Below, piece after piece: positions 1 to 12,658 of a stretch of DNA of 64,000 nt. The notes under the pieces are model-generated. The model did no database searches, had not been told where the DNA came from, and saw only the letters and a program-made list of their open reading frames with translations. Numbering within the stretch: the first letter of the stretch is position 1; each line of letters opens with the position of its first letter. The stretch spans positions 112,096,001 to 112,160,000 of the forward strand of contig OZ024743.1 in assembly GCA_964016885.1 (NCBI GenBank). The letters are read 5' to 3'. The DNA is from Eledone cirrhosa (Eukaryota). A program made the position numbers and the translations under genes.

Positions 1-751
1 TTGACTAGCTTGAATTGTGGACAACCTATGCCAGACTAATCAAATTCCCTACAAATATTCTATCTCGATACGATCTGGATGACCCGATGCTGTTTTCTAT
101 TTCCACATTGACACACTCGGAAAATCCATTCGGTACCTATCAGACAGTTGAAAGCGTCTGAGCAGGTTTGCGAAACGTTTACACCACCCTCCCCTATCCG
201 CTAGTTTCACACAGCCCCAGCGTGCATCTAAGATCTGTCTAGCTAGTTGTGGTCTTCTCCACAAGAATGTCTCATTATATTCTTCTGGAGAATGTTTCTC
301 GGATGTTTCCATTCCAATCAGGGGAAATTTTCTTGAGAAGAGAGTACGTTTTTCTATTTATTTGTGTGATCTTTATATATGCGAGCGATAGAAATTTTTG
401 GAATGTAGTGTAGTTCTGTTCTGTACAGGTAGTGCTGTGCTGTATGAAGTTAAGTAGTTTTATGTTTTCGTGCTTATTGCTATGTAGGGCAGGATAGTTG
501 CATTGTTTTGTTGGATTTGAACTTGTTGTAGCGGATGTGGGTTTGTTTTTATTTGGGTTGTTCTTGGCGTTTGTTGAGGTGTCGATGGTGGCGGCGTTGG
601 GTTGATGATGGGGATGATGTCGGTTGTGGTGGCAGTGGGGCAGATGATGATGACGATGGTGGTGGCGTTGAAGTTTGGGTTTTTTTTTGTTTGTTAGTTT
701 CACCCTATTTTTTTTAGGGTAAAGGGAGATATCTCTTCTTTCCCCCCTCAT
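1..751 (-). mobile_element. Degenerate L1/Tx1-like LINE fragment (ORF1 C-terminus and part of the APE endonuclease), cut by the window edge
   Basis: ORF 97..312 LLRRFQLSDRYRMDFP matches LIGRFDLADRYRLDFP of the LINE at 57221-62550. ORF 275..751 KHENIKLLNFIQ resembles that element's ORF1 NTRNKKLLNIVY. Confidence 0.75.
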
Positions 752-961
752 TGATTACTGATTTAGACAAAAGACAAGCAATTTGAGGGAAGGGGAAAGT
801 CGATGGTATCGACACTACTGGGTGACTGATGCTTTATTTTATCGACCCCGCTGGGATGAAAGGCAAAGTTAACCTCGGCGAGATTTGAAATCAGAAGGCA
901 AAGGGCCGTAACTCTATGCCACGAAGCAAGCTGTCTGACGCTCTGCCGATTCGGCCAATCA
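752..961 (-). mobile_element. tRNA-derived SINE (family 1), diverged copy
   Basis: Reverse complement carries the A-box-like TTGGCCGAATCGG, the B-box-like GATTTCAAATCTCG and the shared core CTTTGCCTTTCATCC...GGGGTCGATAAAATAAAG. Confidence 0.85.
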
Positions 962-999
962 AAATAATAATAATACATACATACATCACCATCACCACC

Positions 1000-1034
1000 A
1001 ATAATACTACTACTACACACCACCACCACATATT

Positions 1035-1092
<58 letters not shown>

Positions 1093-1671
1093 ATGTACTA
1101 CTACTATATACCATGAACACTATTACTACTAGTACTGCTGCTTCTGCTATAACTACTACACACCATGAGTACCACTAATAATACTACATCTTCTACATAC
1201 CATCAGGTCCACTACCTCCTTTATATTTATGTCTTCTTTTAAATATATATATATTACTTCTCATTTGTCTTCTTCCTTCTCTATTTCTTACTTTTTTCAT
1301 TATTATTCTATTTCTTCTTTTATTTTTCTAATCTCCATCTACTTGTTTCACTTTTTTTCATCATAACCATCGTCATCATCACCGCCATCATAGACTATTT
1401 TATGATTATTCATCAACATCGTCCTCGTTGTCATCAATACACTCATAGTCGCCATCACCAGCCTTCTTCTTCTTCTTCTTCTTCTTCTTCTTCTTCTTCT
1501 TCTTCTTCTTCTTCTTCTTCTACTCCATCTTCCTCTTCTAACACCACCACCACGACTACTACCGCGACGACAATGACGACAACGAACGCCATCACCACCT
1601 CTACTACTACTACCCCTATTACTACTCCTCTTGATTCCCCTCCACCCCACCCCATCCTCCTTCTCCTTCTC

Positions 1672-1728
<57 letters not shown>

Positions 1729-1730
1729 GT
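1000..1730. repeat. Trinucleotide microsatellite cluster: (CTA)n, (CTT)n, (CAC)n
   Basis: Direct reading; the overlapping ORFs are poly-Y, S, L and E runs. Confidence 0.95.
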
Positions 1731-2184
1731 GCCTATTATCATTATTATTGTTTCCCCTTTATATATCCTACATTCCTTGTTATATCTTATTTCATATTCA
1801 GTCTCCACGTCAATCCCCTTCACCCCCTGCCACTGTTATAATAGGTCTGTCCCTTTTGATGAGTCACTGCTATGTACATAAGAGCACCGTAAGGTATAAA
1901 TGATATCGTAGAATGTATTTAAAGGATAAATCTATCTTCAACACCACCAACACCACCGGCACCACCAGCCGAACCACAAAGACATATCAACCCCACCAAC
2001 AACCCAGCCACAAAGACATATGGATCCCACTAACACCTGCAGCACCACCGACCCTACAAAAAAGACATGACCCCTATCACAACCACCTCACCACAAAAAT
2101 ATATCAACCCAACCACCAACACCGCCACCAGCTCTGGCATCACCAACCCCACTAACAATTGTGACAACACAGCTACCACAACTA

Positions 2185-3300
2185 CACCACCAACACTAGG
2201 ACACAACCAAAACTACGACACCACCAACACTACCACACCACCAACACTATGACACCACCAACACTACCACACGACCAACACTACCATACCACCAACACTA
2301 CCACACCGCCAACACTATCACACCACCAACACTACCATACCACCAACACTACCACACCGCCAACACTATCACACCACCAACACTACCATACCACCAACAC
2401 TACCATACCACCAACACTACCAAACCGCCAACACTACCACACCGCCAACACTACCACACCACCAACACTATGACGCCACCAATACTACCATACCACCAAC
2501 ACTATGACGCCACCAACACTACCACACCACCAACACGACCACACCACCAACACTACCACACCACCAACACTATGACGCCACCAACACTACCACACCACCA
2601 ACACTACCACACCACCAACACTATGACGCCACCAACACTACCATACCACCAACACTACCACACCACTAACACTATGACGCCACCAATACTACCATACCAC
2701 CAACACTACCACACCACCAACACTATGACGCCACCAACACTACCACACCACCAACACTACCACTCTACCAACACTACCACACCGCCAACACTACTACACC
2801 ACCAACACTACCACACCATCAACACTACCACACCGCCAACACTACCACACCACCAACACTACCACACCATCAACACTATGACACCACCAACACTACCACA
2901 TCACCAACACTACCACACCACCAACACTATGACACCACCAACACTACCACACCACCAACACTACCACACCACCAACACTACCACACCACCAACACTACCA
3001 CACCACCAACACTACCACACCACCAACACTACTACACCACCAACAATACGACGCCACCAACACTACCACACCACCAACACTACCACACCACCAACACTAC
3101 CACACCACCAACACTACTACACCACCAACAATACGACGCCACCAACACTACCACACCACCAATACTATGACGTCACCAACACTACCACAGCACCAACACT
3201 ACCACACTACCAACACTACCACACGACTAAAACTACGACACCACCAACACTATGACGCCACCAACACTACCACACCACCAACATTATGACACCACATATA
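2185..3300. repeat. 17-bp minisatellite (CCAACACTACCACACCA and the variant CCAACACTATGACGCCA), roughly 65 copies, decaying to about 3600
   Basis: 17-nt period read directly; translation repeats every 17 aa (TPPTLPHHQHYHTTNTT). Confidence 0.93.
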
Positions 3301-4928
3301 CTGACACCACCTACACTAAGACACCACCTACAGCACCTACACCACCCACACACTTCGACATTATCTACACTACGACCACCTAAATTATGACACTATGTAT
3401 ATGACACCACATACACCACACACACTACAACACCGACTACAGCACCTACACTACAATACCACCACACCACCTTCATTACCACACCACCTACACTATACCA
3501 CCACCAACACCCCAACACCACCACACTCATACAACACCTACACTGCGGCCCCACCTACATCACGTTACTACCTACAACATGACTCCACGACACCCCAACA
3601 CCACGGCATCACGTACATCAGAAAACCACTTACACTACACTTTCATATAGAGCGCTCTTTCACAAAGCAATCACCACAATACCAACTAAACGACAAACAC
3701 CACTATAAGAACATTCCCTCTGTCTATATGTATTAAATTATATCAGGGACTTTTAACGTATGACACCGGCAAGTGAGTTGAAATATTGTCAACGTGGGAT
3801 GGAATAGCCATTCCATCCCACGCCACTATCTCAGACATATCTACCACCACAACTTCACAATAACCCAACCACCACGAGCATGGTAGCATGTCGATACAAC
3901 CACCAGCACGAACAAGGAACCACTTCACCACCTTCACGATAAAAATATCAGCAACACCCAAGAGTCTACTGCCTTCACCGTACCGCCATTTCTCACCACC
4001 ATAGGCATCAATCAGCATTTCGTACCTCAATCACTAAACGAAAACAACGCCGCCATGCCAAGCAGCACCACTAGAACACGCTAACGTTGGCATCACCGCT
4101 ACCACCACTACCACCGCCACCAGAACACTACCTCGAATTCTTTACCACCACTGCCTGACAATAAAGGTACCACCAACGGTACCCCATCCCCACCACTACC
4201 ACAACCACTACACCACTACCATCAACATGAAATGACCTCAAAACAACTACCATATCACTACACCTCCAGCACCACCACCACCACCACATCGACACAAACT
4301 CAACGTCGTCTAATCCTCAACCTACCTGACACTACCAGTTGAACCCCAGCCCCACAAAACCACCACTATGACATCACCAACACGACACCCTCTACCAACC
4401 CGACAAAACCATCAGCACAACACCACAGCCATCAGGAATCAAACACCAACCCGACACCACCACCAACAGGACACTATCACTAGCACGACACCTCAACCAG
4501 TACACACTAGCACACCCAGCACGACAACTCCACCAACCCGACATCCCCAACAACCAGACTGTACTACCAGCACGAAACCCTTATTATCCCGACAGCACCA
4601 CCAGCGTAACACCGCAACCGGTACGATACAATACTACCACCAACACGTCACCTCTACCAGCATGACACCATCACCAGTACGGCTCTACCACTAGTACGAC
4701 ATCACCACCGGCACGATACCGCCACTTGCATGACACTACAACTTTCACGATACCACCACTAGCACGACATAAGCACCAGCGCGATACCACGACCACCATG
4801 ACATCACCACCAGCACGACCCATCTCTTGTACAACACCACCACCACCACCAATACGATACCACTATCAACACGACACCACCACCATCACAATACCACCAG
4901 CAAATACTCATTACCGACCGTTATTAAA

Positions 4929-6880
4929 ACTTTGCCTTTCATCCTTACGGGGTCGATAAAATAAAGTACCAGTAATGTACTGATTAATTGCTGCCCTTGT
5001 GCCAAAAGTAGAAATAGTTATTAAAAGGAAAAAAACGGTGGTGGATTGGCAGTATCGGTAGAAGGTTGGACACTATGCTTTGACACATAGAGTTACGCCC
5101 CTTGCCATTTTGAGTTCAAATCACGTCGAGGTTAACTTTGCCTTTCATCCTTACGGGGTCGATAAAATAAAGTACAAGTAATACACTGGTAATTGCTGGC
5201 CTTGTGCCAAAAGTAGAAACAGTTATTAAAAGGAAAAAAACGGTGGTGGATTGGCAGTATCGGTAGAGGGTCGGACACTATGCTTTGACACATAGAGTTA
5301 CGCCCCTTGCCATTTTGAGTTCAAATCACGTCGAGGTTAACTTTGCCTTTCATCCTTACGGGGTCGATAAAATAAAGTACAAGTAATACACTGGTAATTG
5401 CTGGCCTTGTGCCAAAAGTAGAAACAGTTATTAAAAGGAAAAAAACGGTGGTGGATTGGCAGTATCGGTAGAAGGTTGGACACTATGCTTTGACACATAT
5501 AGTTACGCCCCTTGCCATTTTGAGTTCAAATCACGTCGAGGTTAACTTTGCCTTTCATCCTTACGGGGTCGATAAAATAAAGTACAAGTAATACACTGAT
5601 TAATTGCTGCCCTTGTGCCAAAAGTAGAAATAGTTATTAAAAGGAAAAAAACGGTGGTGGATTGGCAGTATCGGTAGAAGGTTGGACACTATGCTTTGAC
5701 ACATAGAGTTACGCCCCTTGCCATTTTGAGTTCAAATCACGTCGAGGTTAACTTTGCCTTTCATCCTTACGGGGTCGATAAAATAAAGTACAAGTAATAC
5801 ACTGGTAATTGCTGGCCTTGTGCCAAAAGTAGAAACAGTTATTAAAAGTAAAAAAACGGTGGTGGATTGGCAGTATCGGTAGAAGGTTGGACACTATGCT
5901 TTGACACATATAGTTACGCCCCTTGCCATTTTGAGTTCAAATCACGTCGAGGTTAACTTTGCCTTTCATCCTTACGGGGTCGATAAAATAAAGTACAAGT
6001 AATACACTGATTAATTGCTGCCCTTGTGCCAAAAGTAGAAATAGTTATTAAAAGGAAAAAAACGGTGGTGGATTGGCAGTATCGGTAGAAGGTTGGACAC
6101 TATGCTTTGACACATAGAGTTACGCCCCTTGCCATTTTGAGTTCAAATCACGTCGAGGTTAACTTTGCCTTTCATCCTTACGGGGTCGATAAAATAAAGT
6201 ACAAGTAATACACTGGTAATTGCTGGCCTTGTGCCAAAAGTAGAAACAGTTATTAAAAGTAAAAAAACGGTGGTGGATTGGCAGTATCGGTAGAGGGTCG
6301 GACACTATGCTTTGACACATAGAGTTACGCCCCCTGCCATTTTGAGTTCAAATCACGTCGAGGTTAACTTTGCCTTTCATCCTTACGGGGTCGATAAAAT
6401 AAAGTACAAGTAATACACTGGTAATTGCTGGCCTTGTGCCAAAAGTAGAAACAGTTATTAAAAGGAAAAAAACGGTGGTGGATTGGCAGTATCGGTAGAA
6501 GGCTGGACACTATGCTTTGACACATAGAGTTACGCCCCTTGCCATTTTGAGTTCAAATCACGTCGAGGTTAACTTTGCCTTTCATCCTTACGGGGTCGAT
6601 AAAATAAAGTACAAGTAATACACTGGTAATTGCTGGCCTTGTGCCAAAAGTAGAAACAGTTATTAAAAGGAAAAAAACGGTGGTGGATTGGCAGTATCGG
6701 TAGAAGGTTGGACACTATGCTTTGACACATAGAGTTACGCCCCTTGCCATTTTGAGTTCAAATCACGTCGAGGTTAACTTTGCCTTTCATCCTTACGGGG
6801 TCGATAAAATAAAGTACCAGTAATACCGGTAATTGCTGGCCTTGTGCCAAAAGTAGAAACAGTTATTAAAAGGAAAAAAA
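4929..6880 (+). repeat. Tandem head-to-tail array of SINE family 1: one 3' half-unit plus 9 full units of 205-206 bp
   Basis: Core TTTGCCTTTCATCC recurs at 4931, 5137, 5342, 5547, 5753, 5958, 6164, 6369, 6574 and 6779. Each full unit has an A box (TGGCAGTATCGG), a B box (GAGTTCAAATC) and an A-rich tail. Confidence 0.96.
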
Positions 6881-7322
6881 TCTATAACGTTTTATAGAGT
6901 TAGTGGAGGTGGGTGTAGTGTAGAGATACGATGTAGTATATGTAGAAATCTGGAATAAGTAGGAAAGCGTTGTGTAGGATTGAGACTGTGAGGGTATTGA
7001 GGTGTGGAGGAAGGCGATATATGGTGGCGGGGAGAGTGTGATGGAGGGGAATATGATATGTATGGTGGGAGATCAGAGGATGTAGGGTGTGTGAGATGTG
7101 GGCGGTTATGTTGGTATAGAGAGTGGAGGTAACTATGAGGATATTGGGTTGTGCTGGGTGAGGGTTTTCAGGAATAGAAGAAGGGTAAGTTGAGGATATG
7201 TAGGGGGTTGGTTATGTAAAGTTGGGGTTTTGTGGGGTGGGGAATATGAACAGTGATGTGTCTTTTTTATAAAGTTGATGATGTCGATAGCATGTAATGA
7301 AGGTGATGGTGATAGAGATTAC

Positions 7323-7494
7323 AATAATTGTTTCTACTTTAGGCACAAGGCCAGAAATTACCCAGTGCATTACTGGTACTTTATTTTATCGACCCCGTAA
7401 GGATGAAAGGCAAAGTCAACCTCGGCGGGATTTGAACTCAGATCATAAAGGGACGTAACTATGCTGGAAATCATGGCGATACTGCCAATCCACC
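7323..7494 (-). mobile_element. SINE family 1 copy
   Basis: Reverse complement of the array unit with a small internal deletion and an (ATT) tail. Confidence 0.9.
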
Positions 7495-7950
7495 AATAAT
7501 GAACATCGTGATGGGATGATGAGGAGGAGGACCTTAATGAGGGTGAGGATGATCATGACGATGATAATGATGATGGTGATTGTGATAGAGATGATAATAA
7601 TGAAGGTCATAATGGGGATGAGGAGGCACATTATAATATTGGTAATGATGATGATGATGGTAATAGCGAAAAGGATAATGATGGTGGTAACGATTGGGAT
7701 GAGAGTAATGATGATGATGACCTAATGATTATGATGGTGTTGATAATGTTGATGATAATATTGATAGTGATGGTAATGAATGTCAGGGTAAGGGTTACTA
7801 TACTGAAAATCGATAGCCGTGATAACGATACACATGATGATAAGGATTACGAAAACGAACCCACAACTTTGATAATGATGTGGATGATGATGATGATAAG
7901 GATGAGATTTATGTTAGAAGAAGACATTTTGTTTGATTTCGTAAACACTG

Positions 7951-8009
<59 letters not shown>

Positions 8010-8229
8010 TAAACGGAATAGAAAATGCTGACAAATTGTTCACAGTTGAAAATTGGTTTAATTAGGAATAAAAGAGTATTAGTGATTGTATGGGTTAGTA
8101 TTCAGTTGTGGTTTTAAGTTTTTAAGTTTTTACCGGTTGCGCATTTCTAAATGCTTTTCAAAAATAATTTTGAGATAGAGTGTCCGTGCTGTTTGCTCTG
8201 ATCTGATTAGTTTTGGGAATTCTACCTAC

Positions 8230-8982
8230 TTACGGCTACAAGAACTAAAGGACACACTCATAGGCAGGGACTACCCTGCATCACTAATTGACAATGGAAT
8301 CCAACGTGCCCTAAAACTCAGTACCCAGGACCTTAGACACCCTAAAGTAAATCAACCAAAACTAAAAGCTCTTCCATACATCTCCACACACGACCCCCTC
8401 AACAATGAGGCCTTTGACACCATCCTCCAGAACATCCCTGTATTGAAAAAGGACCATAGAATGAACCAAATTCTACGAACACACGATATCATAAAGAGCA
8501 AAAGACAATCCAAGTCAATGAAAAACATCTTAACACATGCCAAAGTACTGCCAACCACAACAACGAAACCCACAGTAAAAAAATGCGATAGACCCAACTG
8601 TGGCATTTGCATCAACCTAATAGAGGGTTCGGAATTCTATTTCAAAGATGGACAACGTTTTATAGTAAAACACAATTTCACATGTGCATCGGAAAATCTA
8701 ATATATGTATTAACTTGTTCAGGTTGTCGAGAACAATACATAGGCCAGACCAAAAACAGCCTCCGCCAACGCATGACTGTCCATAGATCCCAAATCAAAA
8801 TACGGGAATACAGGAAAATACCACTGAGTGAACACATTGATACCTGTGCCGCCCAAAATCATCCAAACTTCAGAATCTTTCCCCTCTACAAATTTAAAGA
8901 TAATGCCACCCACACCCAGCGCATCAGCAAGGAATCTCACTTCATTAACAAATACGGACCCCGTCTAAACACTTCTCCCTAA
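8230..8982 (+). CDS. PLE polyprotein C-terminus: end of RT thumb, Cys-rich linker and GIY-YIG endonuclease (partial, no start)
   Basis: The frame is open upstream of the listed ORF (LRLQELKDTLIGRDYP). It contains CDRPNCGIC, LIYVLTCSGCREQYIGQT, RMTVH and ESHFINKYGPRLN. Confidence 0.88.
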   Translation, partial: LRLQELKDTLIGRDYPASLIDNGIQRALKLSTQDLRHPKVNQPKLKALPYISTHDPLNNEAFDTILQNIPVLKKDHRMNQILRTHDIIKSKRQSKSMKNILTHAKVLPTTTTKPTVKKCDRPNCGICINLIEGSEFYFKDGQRFIVKHNFTCASENLIYVLTCSGCREQYIGQTKNSLRQRMTVHRSQIKIREYRKIPLSEHIDTCAAQNHPNFRIFPLYKFKDNATHTQRISKESHFINKYGPRLNTSP

Positions 8983-9079
8983 GACGAACCCACAACATAC
9001 ACACGTCAACATACAAAAGCTGAAAAATATCTTTTGACACATTCTTACTGACCATCCCTGCCACCACAAATTACTCTGC

Positions 9080-9126
<47 letters not shown>

Positions 9127-9253
9127 ATCTTAATAGCCATTTGACACACATCGCTGCTAACAATTATCACAACATCGAACACCTTACTACTACTACTACT
9201 ACACACACACACACACACACACACATATTTGTTGTGAAAGAGTCATTTCTCAA

Positions 9254-9471
9254 TCTTGGCGCAAAACCAATTTTTTACTCACATGACCTCTACCGACCAA
9301 TCAAAATTGTTTTGACCACAAGAATTTTTTCTGGAGCCACTTTTTTAACATAAAAACAGTCTTGGCGCAAAATCAATTTTTTACATTCGCATGACCTCTA
9401 CCGACCAATCAAAATTGTTTTGACCACAAGAATTTTTGCAAATTGGAGCCACTTTTTTAACATAAAAACAG
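9254..9471 (+). repeat. Tandem duplication of about 107 bp in the PLE 3' region
   Basis: TCTTGGCGCAAAA...ACATAAAAACAG occurs twice (9254-9359 and 9360-9471). Confidence 0.9.
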
Positions 9472-9532
9472 GTAGAATTCCCAAAACTAATCAGATCAGA
9501 GCAAACAGCACGGACACTCTATCTCAAAATTA

Positions 9533-9569
9533 TTTTTGAAAAGCATTTAGAAATGCGCAACCGGTAAAA
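9533..9569 (+). ncRNA. Variant minimal hammerhead motif in the PLE pLTR
   Basis: TTT-TTGAAAA-GCATT taga AATGC-GCAA-CCGG-TA-AAA gives hammerhead topology with a U3:A8 core and a non-canonical GCAA. Confidence 0.5.
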
Positions 9570-9807
9570 ACTTAAAAACTTAAAACCACAACTGAATACT
9601 AACCCATACAATCACTAATACTCTTTTATTCCTAATTAAACCATTTTTCAACTGTGAACAATTTGTCAGCATTTTCTATTCCGTTTACCAATATATAATA
9701 ACATGTGTGTTACACCTCTATTCTTTTAACTATATATATATATATATAGGAACGAGTAGGACCCCGACGGCTGAGCTCAAGCCGTTTCGACGGCTAATTC
9801 TGGACGT

Positions 9808-10080
9808 CCAGATAAACCTGACAGAGCTCTGTATAATCAGTTCCTGATTATTATTAGATTTCTATAAGAATCAAACATTCATGATTTTCAGCAAACTGGT
9901 GGAGTACTTGGCTTTGATAAGTACCAATCCGTACGAAAGAGAGCTCTGTCAGCTTTATCTACCCTGTTTGCTGAAAATTTAAAGTAAGTGAGACTGTCAC
10001 TACTCTAAAACAATAGCGTAAGGTCTTCGAAATGCTTTTAATTAAGCATACAGTGTATTGCAAAATACACTATATATACA

Positions 10081-10085
<5 letters not shown>
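9808..10085 (+). mobile_element. Short non-coding PLE-type insert with hammerhead at 9911-9953; related to the 49888-50463 copies
   Basis: GCT-TTGATAA-GTAC caatcc GTAC-GAAA-GAGAGCTCTG-TC-AGC. The downstream AAGTAAGTG...ATACATTCAT-(AT)n aligns with the reverse complement of 49888-50020. Confidence 0.7.
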
Positions 10086-10113
<28 letters not shown>

Positions 10114-10120
<7 letters not shown>

Positions 10121-11146
10121 AATAACAGGAGGCTGGACTGGTTTAATTCCTTGAAAGTTTTATTATACTATGATCATTTCAATGACCGTGTTCAGTATGA
10201 ATCCGGTGACATCATACGGTATTTGAAATATAATAAAAAGGAATATAATAGACAAAATCCATGGGCCCCGGGCTGGCCGGGGTCCGCAATATCGCTGGTT
10301 ATTGACCGCTAAGCATGGGCTTAATCTTTACTCTATATTCTACCCTGAAACTTTATCGTGACTGTCTATAATACACTTAAACTTTTTAATAAAAGCCTCC
10401 TTCTGTAAATTATTTTAACTAAATCTCATAACTTTAAACCTAAACCTTATTTTTCTAATTTCATTTTAAATGGCATCTTCTAAACCTAAACATGAATTTA
10501 ACGTTTCTAATTGTTAATCGTAATTTCTGTCAACACATGCAGACGCCCACTATATGTAGCTTTGTTGAAGAGATATATGTTCTTTGAAATAATATTTTTC
10601 GACGTACTTTCTAGCAAGCATGGCCAGCTTGATTGTAACCTGATCTCAACGCTGGCCTCTGTGTTTGACCGAGTGCTAGAAATACAACATAAGCCTACGT
10701 CCCTTCACCAGATGGACATACGTAGGCTTAATAATCACCACTTGAGGGCGGCCGACCAGGGGTAGTAGCAGCTAAATCTTCGGTCAGAACCATGGATTTT
10801 GTCTATTATATTCCTTTGTTATATTTCAAATACCTGATGATGTCACCGGATTCATACTGAACCTGGTCATTGAAATGATCATAGTATAATAAACCTTTCA
10901 AAGAATTACACCAGTCCAGCCTCCTGTTATTTTGTAATAATTAACTCCGTACTCGCACCACCAGCTACACACACGCAGAGGGGTGAGTTGCATTACGTTG
11001 AGTGCTCTCCGTAATATTACTGAAGGCTTCTTTGGTTTATTTTCATAATTCATCGGCTCTGTTTAATTACATTGAGCTATACTTTTACTGTCATTTCTAT
11101 AATACGAAGAGGGTGTGTAACTCCAACACACTCTAGTATTTTAATT

Positions 11147-11150
<4 letters not shown>
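10114..11150 (+). mobile_element. Non-coding PLE-type element with ~150-bp inverted arms and a 3' tail, inserted in (TA)n
   Basis: 10114-10264 is the reverse complement of 10790-10938; the right arm holds a hammerhead. Confidence 0.8.
10830..10887 (+). ncRNA. Type I minimal hammerhead ribozyme
   Basis: ATAC-CTGATGA-(stem II)-GAAA-TGATCA-TA-GTAT: helix I ATAC/GTAT and a palindromic helix III. Confidence 0.8.
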
Positions 11151-11221
<71 letters not shown>

Positions 11222-11223
<2 letters not shown>

Positions 11224-12658
11224 TCCAGCTCTCCTTACATCCAGATCTGTCAACCGCTCTCTCCACACTTCTGATCTTCTCTATCAGTGCCTCCTCTCTG
11301 ACCTCAGTGTAAGCGGTACAGAGCTCTTCCCTCATCACCTCCACAGTCTCCATCCTCTCCTCCGTAGAATCAGCATAGAATTGGTCCCTGGCAGCTTTCA
11401 GGTGTTCTCTGGCTGCACACACTTTTGGGTCTGCAGAGCTGACGTGCTTCCCTTTGTTCTTTTTCCTCGGCACCAGGGTTTCACTTGCTTTCGCCACTGC
11501 ATTGGTGAAGTGCCCGTACCTCTTCGTCACACTCTCCTCAGTCCATCCAATCTCTCTCTCCTCTGACTCTCCACACAGAGCACTAAACCTGTTTCTCACT
11601 TCCACTGTGAACCTCTCCTGTAGCTTATCATCTTCCTTGAAAGCTCCCCAGTCATAGATTGTTCTCCGGGGCTGAGCCTTGCTCTTTCTTAAGCTCACGC
11701 GGACCTCACTCATAACAAGCCGGTGGTCACTACCCAGTGTACTGAAATAGCTGTATGGTTCCGTGTTCAGAACACTATTCCGCCACTTTTTCCTCACCAG
11801 AATGAAATCAATCTGGGACTTGGACAGGTGCATATCTGAGATGTAGGTCCACATCTTCCCCAGATTCTTCCTAAACCTTAGGTTGGTCGCCATCAAGTTC
11901 GCCTCCAGCAGGGTGTCTCTCAGTAGTCTTCCATTTCGGTTGGTGTTGTTATGGAAGTACCAGCAAGGATCTTCACTGCCCTCCTTACTCAGATGTGCAT
12001 TGAAGTCCCCCAAAACAAGCAGGATATTGTGTGCCTGAGTGGTGTTGACAGCTCTACACACTTCCTCATGGAACTCCTCGGCATTCACATCACTGTCCCC
12101 CTCGGTTGGACTATAGGCTGAGATGACTGTCAGTCTTGGGTTTCCATTGAAGGTCACCCTCAACACTCGCGGGGAGATAGGCATTATTTCCCTCACCAAC
12201 AGATTGGTTTTTGCACTGAACACAAAACCCACTCCTCCTACTGCAGCATTTGTTGTGTTCTTCACTGCCGATGTAGTGATGAGCTGGCTCTTCCTCCCGA
12301 TCATCACACTCCTCACGGGCTCATCGTGTAGAATCCTGTGTTCTTGGATCGCAAGTATCTGTATACCACTCTCCTCGAACAGATGTCCCAACTCCTCTCT
12401 CTTCTCCAGCGTTCGAATAGTCCTCACATTCAAAGTGCCCATTTTGATGGCTCCTCTGCAGGACAAAACTGCATTCTTTATATTTGTCTCAGAGACAGCT
12501 GATCCATCATCCACTGGCCCTCTCTGTGGCTCTAAGCCAGCAGAGTCATAACGACCAGGCTGCTCCTTGACAGTGTAATTAGGGGCTCTAACCCTAGTGC
12601 TGTTAGATCGACTCTCCATATTTCTTTTCAATGGCTGACAATACCTTACCGGCGCCAC
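11222..12658 (-). CDS. RTE LINE ORF N-terminal half: APE-type endonuclease and start of linker
   Basis: APE motifs GTLNVRT, LAIQEHR, SAYSPT, LGDFNAH, QIDFILV and GSDHRLV; runs into (TA)n after CKESWM. Confidence 0.92.

Larger units (their letters stand above)
8006..9730 (+). mobile_element. 5'-truncated Penelope-like element (Neptune-type) with inverted pseudo-LTR, inserted in (TA)n
   Basis: 8006-8227 is a near-perfect reverse complement of 9470-9691, followed by a short unpaired tail. A GIY-YIG ORF lies between the arms, with (TA)n on both sides. Confidence 0.9.

Noticed and set aside
2067-3736. His/Thr/Pro-rich or mucin-like protein ORFs
   Set aside because: These are translations of a 17-bp repeat whose period is not a multiple of three; there is no gene structure.
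4929-6880. CRISPR array or tRNA gene cluster
   Set aside because: There are no unique spacers and no cloverleaf; the units match dispersed SINE copies.
7500-7920. Met/Ile-rich membrane protein ORFs
   Set aside because: Decayed (GAT)n low-complexity tract.
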